From an uncultured Gemmatimonadota bacterium (GTDB lineage: Bacteria; Blakebacterota; Blakebacteria; Blakebacterales; Blakebacteraceae), in contig CAZNUA010000032.1 in NCBI GenBank assembly GCA_964576115.1, forward strand, positions 1-42,989: 42,989 bases of DNA, given 5' to 3'. Each line of letters begins with the position of its first letter. Positions within the stretch are counted from its first letter, which is position 1. This document shows, piece by piece, positions 26,136 to 35,298 of the stretch. The translations under genes were made by a program, and so were the position numbers. Under the pieces are notes generated by a model. That model was not told where the DNA came from, searched no databases, and saw only the letters and a list, made by a program, of their open reading frames with translations.

Positions 26136-29100
26136 GTGCATATCTCTGAACTGTCGATCAAGCGGCCGGTTGCCACCTCCATGTTCTACCTGGCGGTGGT
26201 CCTGCTCGGGGTGATCAGCTTCAGCCGCCTGGCGGTCGACCTCTTCCCCAGTCTGCAGTTCCCCCGGCTGGTGATCTGGACGACCTACACCAACGTCAGC
26301 CCCGAGGAAGTCGAGCACTTCATCTCCGAGCGGATCGAATCGACCATCATGCAGGTACCGGGGATCCGCGAGGTGCACAGCGTGAGCCGGGAGGGCGTGA
26401 GCCTGGTCACCCTGGAGTTCAACTGGGACGCTGACATGGAGTACGCCATGCTCAACGTCCGTGAGAAACTGGATATCCTGCGCCAGCAACTGCCCGATCA
26501 GGCGGGACGCCCGACCATCCTCAAGGCCGATCCCAACGCCGAACCGATCATGAGCCTGGCCGTATCGGGGCGGGGGGGCATGGCCGAGATCAAGAGCCTG
26601 GCCGAGAACGTCGTCAAACGGCGCCTGGAGCAGATCGACGGAGTCGCCCTGGCGGCCGTGACGGGGGGGAGCGACCGGCAGATCCGGGTCGAAGCCGACC
26701 GGGAACTCATCGAATCGCTCGGGATCACCCTGCGCGACATCCAGTCCGCTCTGGCGTCGGCCAATGCCGTCTCGACGGGGGGCCATATCAACCGGGGCCG
26801 CTTCCAGTGGTACCTGCGCCCGGTGGGGGATTTCCAGTCGATCGAGGACATCAAGCAGGTGGTCGTGGCCCGCCGCGGCGACCGGCTGGTGACGGTGAAC
26901 GACATCGCCGAGGTCCTCGACGACTACAAGGAAGCCGACAATATCACCCACTTCAACGGCGCCCCCTCGATCGGGATCCTGGTCCAGAAGGAGGCCGGGG
27001 CCAACACCAGCCGGGTTTCGGAAAGTGTCTATGAGGTGCTGGGCGAGCTCGAGGAAGAGTACGCCGAGATGGACATCGCCGTGGCCTTCGATCAGGCGGT
27101 GTTCGTCAACGATTCGATCTCCAACGTCATCTGGTCGATCATCGTCGGGGGGATCTTCGCCTTCCTGATCCTGTTCTTCTTCCTGCACGACATCCGCAAC
27201 CCGGTCAATATCGGAATGTCCATTCCCATTTCGATCATCGCCACCTTTGCGCTGCTCTACTTCTCGGGCATCACCCTGAACATGATGAGCCTGGGGGGGC
27301 TGGCCCTCGGGGTGGGCCTTCTGGTGGACAACTCGATCGTGGTCCTGGAGAACATCTTCCGGCACCGGGAGATGGGTGAGGACCGTTTCGAAGCCGCCGG
27401 AAAGGGAGCCCGCGAGGTGGCCATGGCGGTCACCGCCTCGACCTTTACGACCATCAGCGTCTTTCTCCCCATCGTCTTCGTTGAGGGGGTGGCCGGTCAG
27501 CTCTTCCGCGATCAGGCCCTCACGGTCGCCTTCAGCCTGCTCTGCTCGCTGATCGTCTCGCTGACCCTGCTGCCGATGCTGGCCAGCCGGTTCCTGCATC
27601 TGGATTCCTTCGTCGAAGCCAAGCAGAACGGCGACCGTGACCGTGCCGAGGCCCGGCGGTCCGAGGCGGCGGAGCATGAAGCGGCCGCGGTACCCGAACC
27701 GGTCGTCCCGGTCGGGGAGCGGCGCGGTTTCTTCTACACCCTCTGGCGGGTGGGCTCGTGGCCGGTCCGGGTGCTCCTGTGGCGTTTTCTGCTGCGACCG
27801 GTCTGGCGATTCTTCCTGCGTCCGCTCCTGGAGGGTTTCCTCTGGCTCCTGCGGCTCCTCGGACGCATGATCATCTCGGTCCTGGGGGGGCTTGTTGCCC
27901 TGATGGGCCGACTCACGGCCCCTCTGTTCAGTGGCTTTGACAGGGGCTTTACCCGATTCGCGCATTTCTACCACAACACCCTGGAATGGTCGCTCGACAA
28001 CCGCGGCCGGGTCATGCTGATCGTGACGGTTGCAATCGCCCTGGCGGTCTGGGTCGGTTTCGGCCTGGACAAGCGGCTGATACCGGAAGTTGACCAGGGC
28101 GAGTTCTCGATCGACATCGTCATGCCGGCGGGCACCAACCTGGCTACCACCACCGATGCCGCCGCCCGACTCGAGGAGTGGCTGATCGAGATGCCCGAGG
28201 TGGAGCACGTCTTTCTCAACGCCGGCCTGGTGCGCAGCGAGAGCGCCCTGGGCAGCCAGGAATCGGATATCAATACCGCCACCCTGCGGGTGCTCCTGCA
28301 CCGTCGCCGCCACCGCTCCACGGCCGAGGTCATCGAAGAGATGCGGCTGAAGGGCCGCGACGTGCTGGGTGCGGAACTGACCTTCAACGCCGGCGAAACG
28401 ACCTTCTCGGAGATCCTGGGTACCAGCCAGGCCGATCTGGCCGTGAAGGTGCGCGGCCAGCGTCTGGACACCCTGCAGGCGATCGCCACCGGGGTCGAGA
28501 CCCAGCTGGTGAACGTGACCGGCCTGGCCGACATCCACACCGATTTCGCCGTCGGCAAGCCCGAGATCCGTTTGAGCGTGCGCCACCGGGTCATCGAACA
28601 GTACGGCCTGGCGGTCAATTCGGTGGTCAGTCTGGTGGCGGCCACGATCAAGGGCGAGATAGCAACCGACTTCCAGGACTTCGACCGCAAGGTCGAGATC
28701 CTGGTTCGCGAGGAGCAGGCGCGCGAGAGGACCCTGGACGAGATTCTCGACATGGGCGTCCCGGTGCGTCTCCCGGGCGCTGATGAATTCCGGGTTCCCC
28801 TGCGCGAGCTGGTCGACTGGCGCTATACCACCGGTCCCAATGAGGTCCGGCGAGAATCCCAGAACCGCCAGATCACGGTCTACGCCAGTGTCGAGGGGCG
28901 CCGGCTGGACGACGCCATTCTCGAGGTGGAGCGCCTGATGATCGGCCGCGAGCTGCCCGAAGGCTACGAGATCGTGGTCGGGGGGGTGAACGAGGAGATG
29001 CGGCGCTCCTTCCGCAGCCTCTTCTTCGCCCTGGGGCTGGCCATTTTGCTGGTCTACATGATCCTGGCGGCCCAGTTCGAGAGTGCCGTGCACCCCTTCA

Positions 29101-29573
29101 CGATCATGGTCACGGTACCGCTGGCGGCGGTGGGGGTTGTGCTGGGTCTCGAGGTCTTCGGCATGGGCATCAACATCATGAGCCTGGTCGGTTTCGTGGT
29201 CCTGACCGGGATCGTGGTGAACGACGCCATCATCAAGGTCGACTTCATCAACCAGATCAGGGCCACCGGGGTGCCCCTGCGACGGGCCATCGTCGAGGCC
29301 GGACACTACCGGCTGCGTCCGATCATCATGACCACCGTGACAACCATCATGGGCCTGACCCCGATGGCGATCGGGATCGGAGCCGGCTCGGAGCTGCGCA
29401 GCCCGCTGGCGATCGCCGTGATCGGTGGGGAGTTCTCGGCCACCGGCTTGACCCTGATCGTCATCCCGGTGGTCTACTCGCTGATGGAACACCTGCGCGG
29501 AAACAAGCTGGGCGATCGTTCGACCTCCTTCGATCCCGTGGTGCACGGCCATCACCAGGAGGTGCGGCTGTGA
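26136..29573 (+). CDS. RND permease subunit 1 (AcrB/AcrD/AcrF family)
   Basis: SIKRPVAT, GLLVDNSIVVLENI, AAQFESAVHPF, RLRPIIMTT. Confidence 0.95.
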   Translation: MHISELSIKRPVATSMFYLAVVLLGVISFSRLAVDLFPSLQFPRLVIWTTYTNVSPEEVEHFISERIESTIMQVPGIREVHSVSREGVSLVTLEFNWDADMEYAMLNVREKLDILRQQLPDQAGRPTILKADPNAEPIMSLAVSGRGGMAEIKSLAENVVKRRLEQIDGVALAAVTGGSDRQIRVEADRELIESLGITLRDIQSALASANAVSTGGHINRGRFQWYLRPVGDFQSIEDIKQVVVARRGDRLVTVNDIAEVLDDYKEADNITHFNGAPSIGILVQKEAGANTSRVSESVYEVLGELEEEYAEMDIAVAFDQAVFVNDSISNVIWSIIVGGIFAFLILFFFLHDIRNPVNIGMSIPISIIATFALLYFSGITLNMMSLGGLALGVGLLVDNSIVVLENIFRHREMGEDRFEAAGKGAREVAMAVTASTFTTISVFLPIVFVEGVAGQLFRDQALTVAFSLLCSLIVSLTLLPMLASRFLHLDSFVEAKQNGDRDRAEARRSEAAEHEAAAVPEPVVPVGERRGFFYTLWRVGSWPVRVLLWRFLLRPVWRFFLRPLLEGFLWLLRLLGRMIISVLGGLVALMGRLTAPLFSGFDRGFTRFAHFYHNTLEWSLDNRGRVMLIVTVAIALAVWVGFGLDKRLIPEVDQGEFSIDIVMPAGTNLATTTDAAARLEEWLIEMPEVEHVFLNAGLVRSESALGSQESDINTATLRVLLHRRRHRSTAEVIEEMRLKGRDVLGAELTFNAGETTFSEILGTSQADLAVKVRGQRLDTLQAIATGVETQLVNVTGLADIHTDFAVGKPEIRLSVRHRVIEQYGLAVNSVVSLVAATIKGEIATDFQDFDRKVEILVREEQARERTLDEILDMGVPVRLPGADEFRVPLRELVDWRYTTGPNEVRRESQNRQITVYASVEGRRLDDAILEVERLMIGRELPEGYEIVVGGVNEEMRRSFRSLFFALGLAILLVYMILAAQFESAVHPFTIMVTVPLAAVGVVLGLEVFGMGINIMSLVGFVVLTGIVVNDAIIKVDFINQIRATGVPLRRAIVEAGHYRLRPIIMTTVTTIMGLTPMAIGIGAGSELRSPLAIAVIGGEFSATGLTLIVIPVVYSLMEHLRGNKLGDRSTSFDPVVHGHHQEVRL

Positions 29574-32500
29574 AAGGCTCTCCTCTCACCGATACCTGTC
29601 TCAAACGGCCGGTCATGACCACCATGATCTTCACCGCCCTGGTGGCGGTGGGGGTGGCCAGCCTGATCCAGATTCCTTTGGAAACCTATCCCGAGCTGCA
29701 GATTCCCCGCCTCAACATCAGTGGCAGCTGGTCCAACGCCAGCACCGAGGCGGTCGAGGCCTTCGTCACCGCGCCGCTCGAAGCCGAGGCCAGTACCCTG
29801 CGGGGGATCGAAGAGGTTTCGAGCACGTCGCGGCGGGGAATATGTACAGTCACCCTCGAATTCGCGCCCGATACCGACATGGACTTCACCCGGCTGGAGC
29901 TGAACGAGAAGATCTCCCGGCTCAGGGAGGATCTGCCCCAGAACGTCCATGTCTCGGTGCAACCCTACCGCCCGCCGCAGGTGCAGAGCCAGACCGAGTT
30001 CCTGCTCCGGTATACCTACTTCGGACAGTACTCGGTCAACGAGCTGCAGCACTACGCCGAGGAACTGCTCGAGGCTCCCCTGAGCGTGGTCAGCGGTGTG
30101 GCGGGGGTGACGGTGAGGGGGGGTGAACAACGCCAGCTCAAGGTCATCCTGGACGAGAGCATCGTCGAATCGCTGGGGCTGGAGCCCCGCTGGGTTTCGA
30201 TGCAGATCGGCCGGATCGACAACATCGTCGAGACGGTGGGTACGGTCTACCAGACCGACAAGCAGTTCAACCTGGTGGTCAGAGACGACTTCGATGACCT
30301 CGAGACCCTGCGCGATGTGACCATCGCCCGGCTGGGAGACCGCTGGATCAAACTGGGCGAGATCGCCCGGATCATGGACGGCTACCATGAGCCCCAGAGC
30401 TATGATCGACTCAATGGGGTGGCCCGGGTTTCGGTCACGATCGATGCCGTCTCGGGCTCGAACATCATCGAGGTGGCCGACCGGACCAAGGACCGGATCT
30501 CCGAACTCGAAGCCGACCTGCCCGAGGGGAGCAATCTCATCCTCGAGGCCGATGCCAGCGAGACCATCCGCAACGAACTGGGCAACCTGCGCTTCCGCTC
30601 GATCATCATCATCTTTCTGATCTTCGCCGTGCTGCTGATGTTCCTGCGCGGCTTCGCCAATCCGCTCATCATCCTCTCTTCGATAGCCACCAGCGTGCTG
30701 CTCACCATCAGCATCTTCTACTTCACCGGCGGCTCGCTGAACATGATGACCCTGGCGGGGCTGGCCATGGGCATGGGGATGATGGTCGACAACTCGATCG
30801 TGGTGCTGGACAACATTCACCGCCACCGCGAGCGGGGCAGCGGCCGGCTGGCCGCAGCCAGCGTGGGCACGGCCCGCATGATGCTGCCCATCCTGGCCGG
30901 GACGGCCACGACCATCGTCGTCTTCCTGCCTTTCCTCTATCTGCAGGGCGATCTGCGGGTGCTCTACGTGCCCTTCGCCCTGGCGGTAGTGGTGAGCCTG
31001 GCCTGCTCGCTGCTGGTTTCCTTCACTCTCATCCCCAGTCTGGCCGCAAAAGTCATTGGTCCGGCCAAGAAGTCCAACGGCCGTTTTTCAGGCAAAGCCG
31101 CCGGTCGGGTGAAAAACAATGATCCCGTGGATCCCTGGGCCCTCGGCGAACTGGAACGCGAGGAAGCCGAAGCGACGGCGGCCGGAGGCGAAGAGGCCGG
31201 AGCCGAACACGTCCTGAAGATCGGCGACAACCTCTACCAGCGGATCCTGCGCTGGATGCTCCACTACCGTCTCTGGATGATCCTGGCTGTTCTAGTCGTC
31301 GGTTTCTTCAGTTTCAAGGCCTTCGACAAATATGTCACCAAGGGTCGCATCTGGGGCTCTTACGGCAGCGGCCAGCGCGAAACGTTGGGAGTCACCATCA
31401 GCGCTCCCACCGGATCCGATCTCGACGTCATGTCCGACCTGGTCGGACAGTTCGAGTCCAAACTGCGCCCCCTCTATCTGGCCGGGCAGATCGAGAAATT
31501 CACCACCAGCGTCTCGGCCGAACACGCCTCTCTGCGGATCACCTTCCCCGAGGCGATCGAACGCCAGGGCCTGCCCTATCTGGTCAAGGATCAGCTCTCC
31601 GTTTTCTCCAGTCTCATGGGCGGAGTGCGCATCTCGGTCAGCGGCTTCGGCGATTACTTTTCCACCGGCGGTTTCGGCGGGGTGTCCTATTCGAGCCGGA
31701 TCGCCCTGCTGGGCTATAACTATCTGCGCCTCAAGGAACTGGCTGAAGAACTGGGTCAGCGCCTGTTGCGCAACGCCCGCATCCGGGACGTCGACACCAA
31801 CTACGGCCGTTGGTACGGCAGCGGGCGCGAGAAGCAGATCGTGGTGCGTTTCGACCGCGACGCTCTGGCCGACTACGGTCTGACGGCGCAGGATATGGTT
31901 TCATTCGTGGGGCAGTACATCAGTGGCACAGCCGGGGGCTCCGTTACCTACCGAGGCGAGGAAGTGCCATTCCTGGTCAAGGTCGAGGGATTCGAGAGCC
32001 GCGACATCGTCGAGCTGGAGAACGCCCTGATCCGGACCATGGACGGCACGCACGTGCGGATGCGCGACCTGGCCACGATCAGCGTCGAACGGGTGATGGA
32101 GATCATCGAGCGCAAGGACCAGCAGTACACCCGCACGATCGCCTACGAGTTCCGGGGACCATACCGGATGGGGGAGCGGGTCCGGGACGAGATCATGGAG
32201 GCCACCATCCTGCCCAACGGCTACGAGTTCGACGAGCAGGAACGCTACTGGCAATCCGAGGAGGAGAAACGCCAGCTCTACCTGGTGCTCGGGTTCGCCA
32301 TCCTGCTGGTGTACATGCTCACCTCCTCGCTCTACGAATCCTTCTTCCACCCCCTGACCATCATTCTGACGGTTCCCTTCGCCATGATCGGGGTCTTTCT
32401 GGGCTACTTCATCTTCGACAAGGGCTTCGATCAGTCGGCCCAGGTGGGGGTGATCCTGATGGGCGGCATTGTGGTCAACAACTCGATCATCCTGGTCGAC

Positions 32501-32890
32501 CATATCAACGCCCTGCGCAAGTTCCTGCCGAGACGGGACGCGGTGGTGCGCGCCGCCCGCGAGCGGGCCCGCCCGATTCTGATGACTACCTTTACGACCG
32601 TGATCGGGCTTCTTCCCCTGGTGGTGCTGGCCCGCGAGGGACAGGACATGTGGTTCACCCTGGCCTTCACGATCTGCGTCGCCCTGCCGGTGGCCACCTT
32701 CTTCACCCTGACCTTCATCCCGATCATATACGAACTGATGGACGGTCTGCAGAATCGCGCCCGCCGCGGGATCGGGGCGGCGATCCTGAAAGTACAGAGC
32801 CGGCGGGGGGATTCCCCGGCCGGTCGAGTTGCCGGTCAATCAGCCCCCGGAACGGCCGCCCTGGCGGAGGATTCATCACCGCCGGGCTGA
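29570..32890 (+). CDS. RND permease subunit 2 (AcrB/AcrD/AcrF family)
   Basis: LKRPV, GMMVDNSIVVLDNI, LYESFFHP, RARPILMTT; GTGA overlap with subunit 1. Confidence 0.95.
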   Translation: MKGSPLTDTCLKRPVMTTMIFTALVAVGVASLIQIPLETYPELQIPRLNISGSWSNASTEAVEAFVTAPLEAEASTLRGIEEVSSTSRRGICTVTLEFAPDTDMDFTRLELNEKISRLREDLPQNVHVSVQPYRPPQVQSQTEFLLRYTYFGQYSVNELQHYAEELLEAPLSVVSGVAGVTVRGGEQRQLKVILDESIVESLGLEPRWVSMQIGRIDNIVETVGTVYQTDKQFNLVVRDDFDDLETLRDVTIARLGDRWIKLGEIARIMDGYHEPQSYDRLNGVARVSVTIDAVSGSNIIEVADRTKDRISELEADLPEGSNLILEADASETIRNELGNLRFRSIIIIFLIFAVLLMFLRGFANPLIILSSIATSVLLTISIFYFTGGSLNMMTLAGLAMGMGMMVDNSIVVLDNIHRHRERGSGRLAAASVGTARMMLPILAGTATTIVVFLPFLYLQGDLRVLYVPFALAVVVSLACSLLVSFTLIPSLAAKVIGPAKKSNGRFSGKAAGRVKNNDPVDPWALGELEREEAEATAAGGEEAGAEHVLKIGDNLYQRILRWMLHYRLWMILAVLVVGFFSFKAFDKYVTKGRIWGSYGSGQRETLGVTISAPTGSDLDVMSDLVGQFESKLRPLYLAGQIEKFTTSVSAEHASLRITFPEAIERQGLPYLVKDQLSVFSSLMGGVRISVSGFGDYFSTGGFGGVSYSSRIALLGYNYLRLKELAEELGQRLLRNARIRDVDTNYGRWYGSGREKQIVVRFDRDALADYGLTAQDMVSFVGQYISGTAGGSVTYRGEEVPFLVKVEGFESRDIVELENALIRTMDGTHVRMRDLATISVERVMEIIERKDQQYTRTIAYEFRGPYRMGERVRDEIMEATILPNGYEFDEQERYWQSEEEKRQLYLVLGFAILLVYMLTSSLYESFFHPLTIILTVPFAMIGVFLGYFIFDKGFDQSAQVGVILMGGIVVNNSIILVDHINALRKFLPRRDAVVRAARERARPILMTTFTTVIGLLPLVVLAREGQDMWFTLAFTICVALPVATFFTLTFIPIIYELMDGLQNRARRGIGAAILKVQSRRGDSPAGRVAGQSAPGTAALAEDSSPPG

Positions 32891-32899
32891 GCCTGTCGG
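32881..32899 (+). repeat. 19-nt element complementary in two blocks to the tolC1-tolC2 spacer
   Basis: GCCGGGCTGAGCCTGTCGG; its reverse complement CCGACAGGC+TCAGCCCGGC occurs at 22972-22980 and 22998-23007. Confidence 0.85.
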
Positions 32900-32969
32900 G
32901 ACACCGGACGGGACTCTTCCGGATGGGGTGGACCATACCCGGTCTCACCTGTCTCCGAGTATCATTTGC

Positions 32970-33000
32970 TTGCGGTGCGGCAGCCGGACCGTACCATAAT
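32970..33000 (+). promoter_or_regulatory. Candidate sigma70-type promoter for the skp to argF block
   Basis: TTGCGG (32970-32975)-N16-TACCAT (32992-32997), overlapping CATAAT (32995-33000). Confidence 0.4.
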
Positions 33001-33107
33001 ACACCGCGTTGCGCCGTCGACGGTGCAGCGGATCCGTCAGTCGGCGGCCCTGCACGAGATCCGGAACGGCAGACAGGTATATCACCCCGAGCAGGAGAGG
33101 TGCTTCC

Positions 33108-33779
33108 GTGAGAAGACCGTACCCCGCCGCGTGGAGGCTTTACGGCACGGCTGCGCTGGTCGCGCTCGTCGCCGGTGCCCTGGCCGGACGTCAGGTGCGT
33201 CCGGTGCCGTCAGTCCGGGCCGAAGGCGTACTCTGGATGAATCCGGCTCTGGCCGGGCAGGGGGCCGATCTGGCAGCCGGGCAGGGGGTCGAGCAGGAAC
33301 TGGCTCCCGGCGCCAAACCGCTCAAGGTCGGTTTCATCCGCTCCGAACTGATCCTGCAGCTGCACCCGCAGGTGCCCGAGATACGCACCGCCTACGAGCG
33401 GCAGATCAGGGAGTGGCAGAACCGGCAGCAGGAAATGCAGAACCGCATCGAGACCCTGCAGACAGAACTGCGCACCCAGCAGCTCACGATCAACGGGCGC
33501 CGAACCCGCGAAACCGAACTGGCACAGCTGCTGGAGGACGTGCAGACCTTCCAGGCCGAAGTGTGGTCACCGGGTGGGCGGGCCGAGCAGAAAGAAGCCG
33601 AACTGATGCAGCCGATCTTCGACGCCGTGGATCAGGTCATCAGCTCCATCGCCGAGGGAGAACGTTACGATCTGATCTTCGACGGCTCGGCAGGCGGACT
33701 GCTGTTCGGGCACATCGAACTCGACCTGACCCGTATCGTCCTGGAACGGTTGGGAATCGAACCACCGTCGGAAGAATAA
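33108..33779 (+). CDS. skp: OmpH/Skp periplasmic chaperone
   Basis: Signal-like N-terminus; KVGFI..ELILQ, coiled-coil middle, IAEGERYDLIFD...DLT; AGGAGAGG RBS before GTG 33108. Confidence 0.85.
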   Translation: MRRPYPAAWRLYGTAALVALVAGALAGRQVRPVPSVRAEGVLWMNPALAGQGADLAAGQGVEQELAPGAKPLKVGFIRSELILQLHPQVPEIRTAYERQIREWQNRQQEMQNRIETLQTELRTQQLTINGRRTRETELAQLLEDVQTFQAEVWSPGGRAEQKEAELMQPIFDAVDQVISSIAEGERYDLIFDGSAGGLLFGHIELDLTRIVLERLGIEPPSEE

Positions 33780-33820
33780 GAATTGAAGAGGAATATGAGA
33801 TCTGAACGGGAGTTGACTTC

Positions 33821-35263
33821 ATGAAGGTCACCTTTTACGGGGGTGCCCGGACGGTCACGGGTTCCAAACATCTGCTGTCTGTCAACGGAAAGAGGATCCT
33901 GCTGGAGTGCGGGCTCTTTCAGGGACGCAGAGATGAAGCCCGACGGCGCAACATGGAATTTCCCTTCGACACGCTGGGGGTAGACGCCGTCATTCTCTCC
34001 CACGCCCACATCGATCATTCGGGGGCCCTGCCGGCCCTGGTGCGGTCAGGGTACGAGGGTCCGATCTGGTGCACCGGCGCCACCGCCGATCTGCTCTCGG
34101 TGCTGTTGCGCGATTCGGCCGAGATCCACGAGCGGGATATTTACCTGGTCAACAAGCACCGGCCCGAGGGAACGCCCCCGATCGAGCCCCTCTATACCAT
34201 GAAGGACGTGGAGCGGACCCTGCCGCTCGTGGTCGGCATGGACTACGACGAGCAATTCAGAGTGGCCGGTGATGTTGGAGTTATCTTTCGAGAAGCTGGA
34301 CATATACTGGGTTCTTCTCAGGTACAACTTCACATAAGGAACGGCAATGAAGGCGAGCGGGATTTCCGTCTGGGTTTCACCGGCGATCTGGGCCGCGACC
34401 ACCTGCCGATCCTGCGCGATCCCTACCAGATGGACGGCCTGGACGCCCTGATCATGGAGAGCACCTACGGGGATCGTCTGCACGAGCGTGGTGAAGACCT
34501 CAAGACCCGTCTGGCCAACGTGGTGAAAAGGACGGTGGAGCGGGGAGGGAAGATCATCATTCCGGCCTTTGCGGTGGGTCGCACCCAGCGGGTGGTCTAT
34601 CTGCTGCACGAACTCTTCGACGAGGGGCGGCTGCCGACCATCCCGATCTATGTCGATTCGCCCATGGCCAGCGAAGCCACCGAGGTGTACCGGCGCCATC
34701 CCGAGTGTTTCGATACAGACGCCCTCAAACGCCAGGAAGTCGGCGATATCCTCGGTTTCAGGCGCCTGCGGTACGTGGGCAGCGTGGAGGAATCGAAACG
34801 TCTGAACGAGATGCACATTCCCTGCGTGATCATCTCCGCATCGGGCATGGCCGAGGCCGGACGCATCCTGCACCATCTCATCCACGGTGTGGATGATCCG
34901 CGCAATACAATCCTCATCGTCGGCTACTGCGCCCCGTACACCCTGGGACGCCGGCTCATGGAGCGCCAGCCGGTTGTGCGCATCTTCGGCCGGGAGTACC
35001 GCTTGCGGGCCGAGGTCGAGCATATCGGCGGTCTGTCAACCCATGCCGACCGGGACGATCTGCTCGATTATCTGCGGGGAATGTCGTCGCCGCCCCGTAC
35101 CGTCTATATCGTACACGGGGATGAACCACAAAGCCTGGCCTTCGCCGGCCACGTGCGCGGCGAGGGCTTCGACGGCGTGCAGGTGCCCCGAGAAGGGCAG
35201 ACCTTCGATCTTGTGACCGGTAAGCCGGATCCGATGCCGCAGAACGAATCCGGCGACGGGTAA
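33821..35263 (+). CDS. Metallo-beta-lactamase beta-CASP family ribonuclease
   Basis: VTGS, SHAHIDH, AGHILGS, FTGDLG, MESTYG, PAFAVGR, SASGMAEAGR, STHAD, IVHGD. Confidence 0.94.
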   Translation: MKVTFYGGARTVTGSKHLLSVNGKRILLECGLFQGRRDEARRRNMEFPFDTLGVDAVILSHAHIDHSGALPALVRSGYEGPIWCTGATADLLSVLLRDSAEIHERDIYLVNKHRPEGTPPIEPLYTMKDVERTLPLVVGMDYDEQFRVAGDVGVIFREAGHILGSSQVQLHIRNGNEGERDFRLGFTGDLGRDHLPILRDPYQMDGLDALIMESTYGDRLHERGEDLKTRLANVVKRTVERGGKIIIPAFAVGRTQRVVYLLHELFDEGRLPTIPIYVDSPMASEATEVYRRHPECFDTDALKRQEVGDILGFRRLRYVGSVEESKRLNEMHIPCVIISASGMAEAGRILHHLIHGVDDPRNTILIVGYCAPYTLGRRLMERQPVVRIFGREYRLRAEVEHIGGLSTHADRDDLLDYLRGMSSPPRTVYIVHGDEPQSLAFAGHVRGEGFDGVQVPREGQTFDLVTGKPDPMPQNESGDG

Positions 35264-35298
35264 ACAGGGCCGGGGCAGACACGGGCCGGGAGGCTGGT

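Noticed and set aside
25896-29555. 1219-aa antisense ORF, and similar long ones at 10146-12293, 18252-20090, 24476-26182 and 35980-38385
   Set aside because: They lie opposite well-supported genes, show no recognisable motifs and are expected shadows of high-GC3 codon usage.
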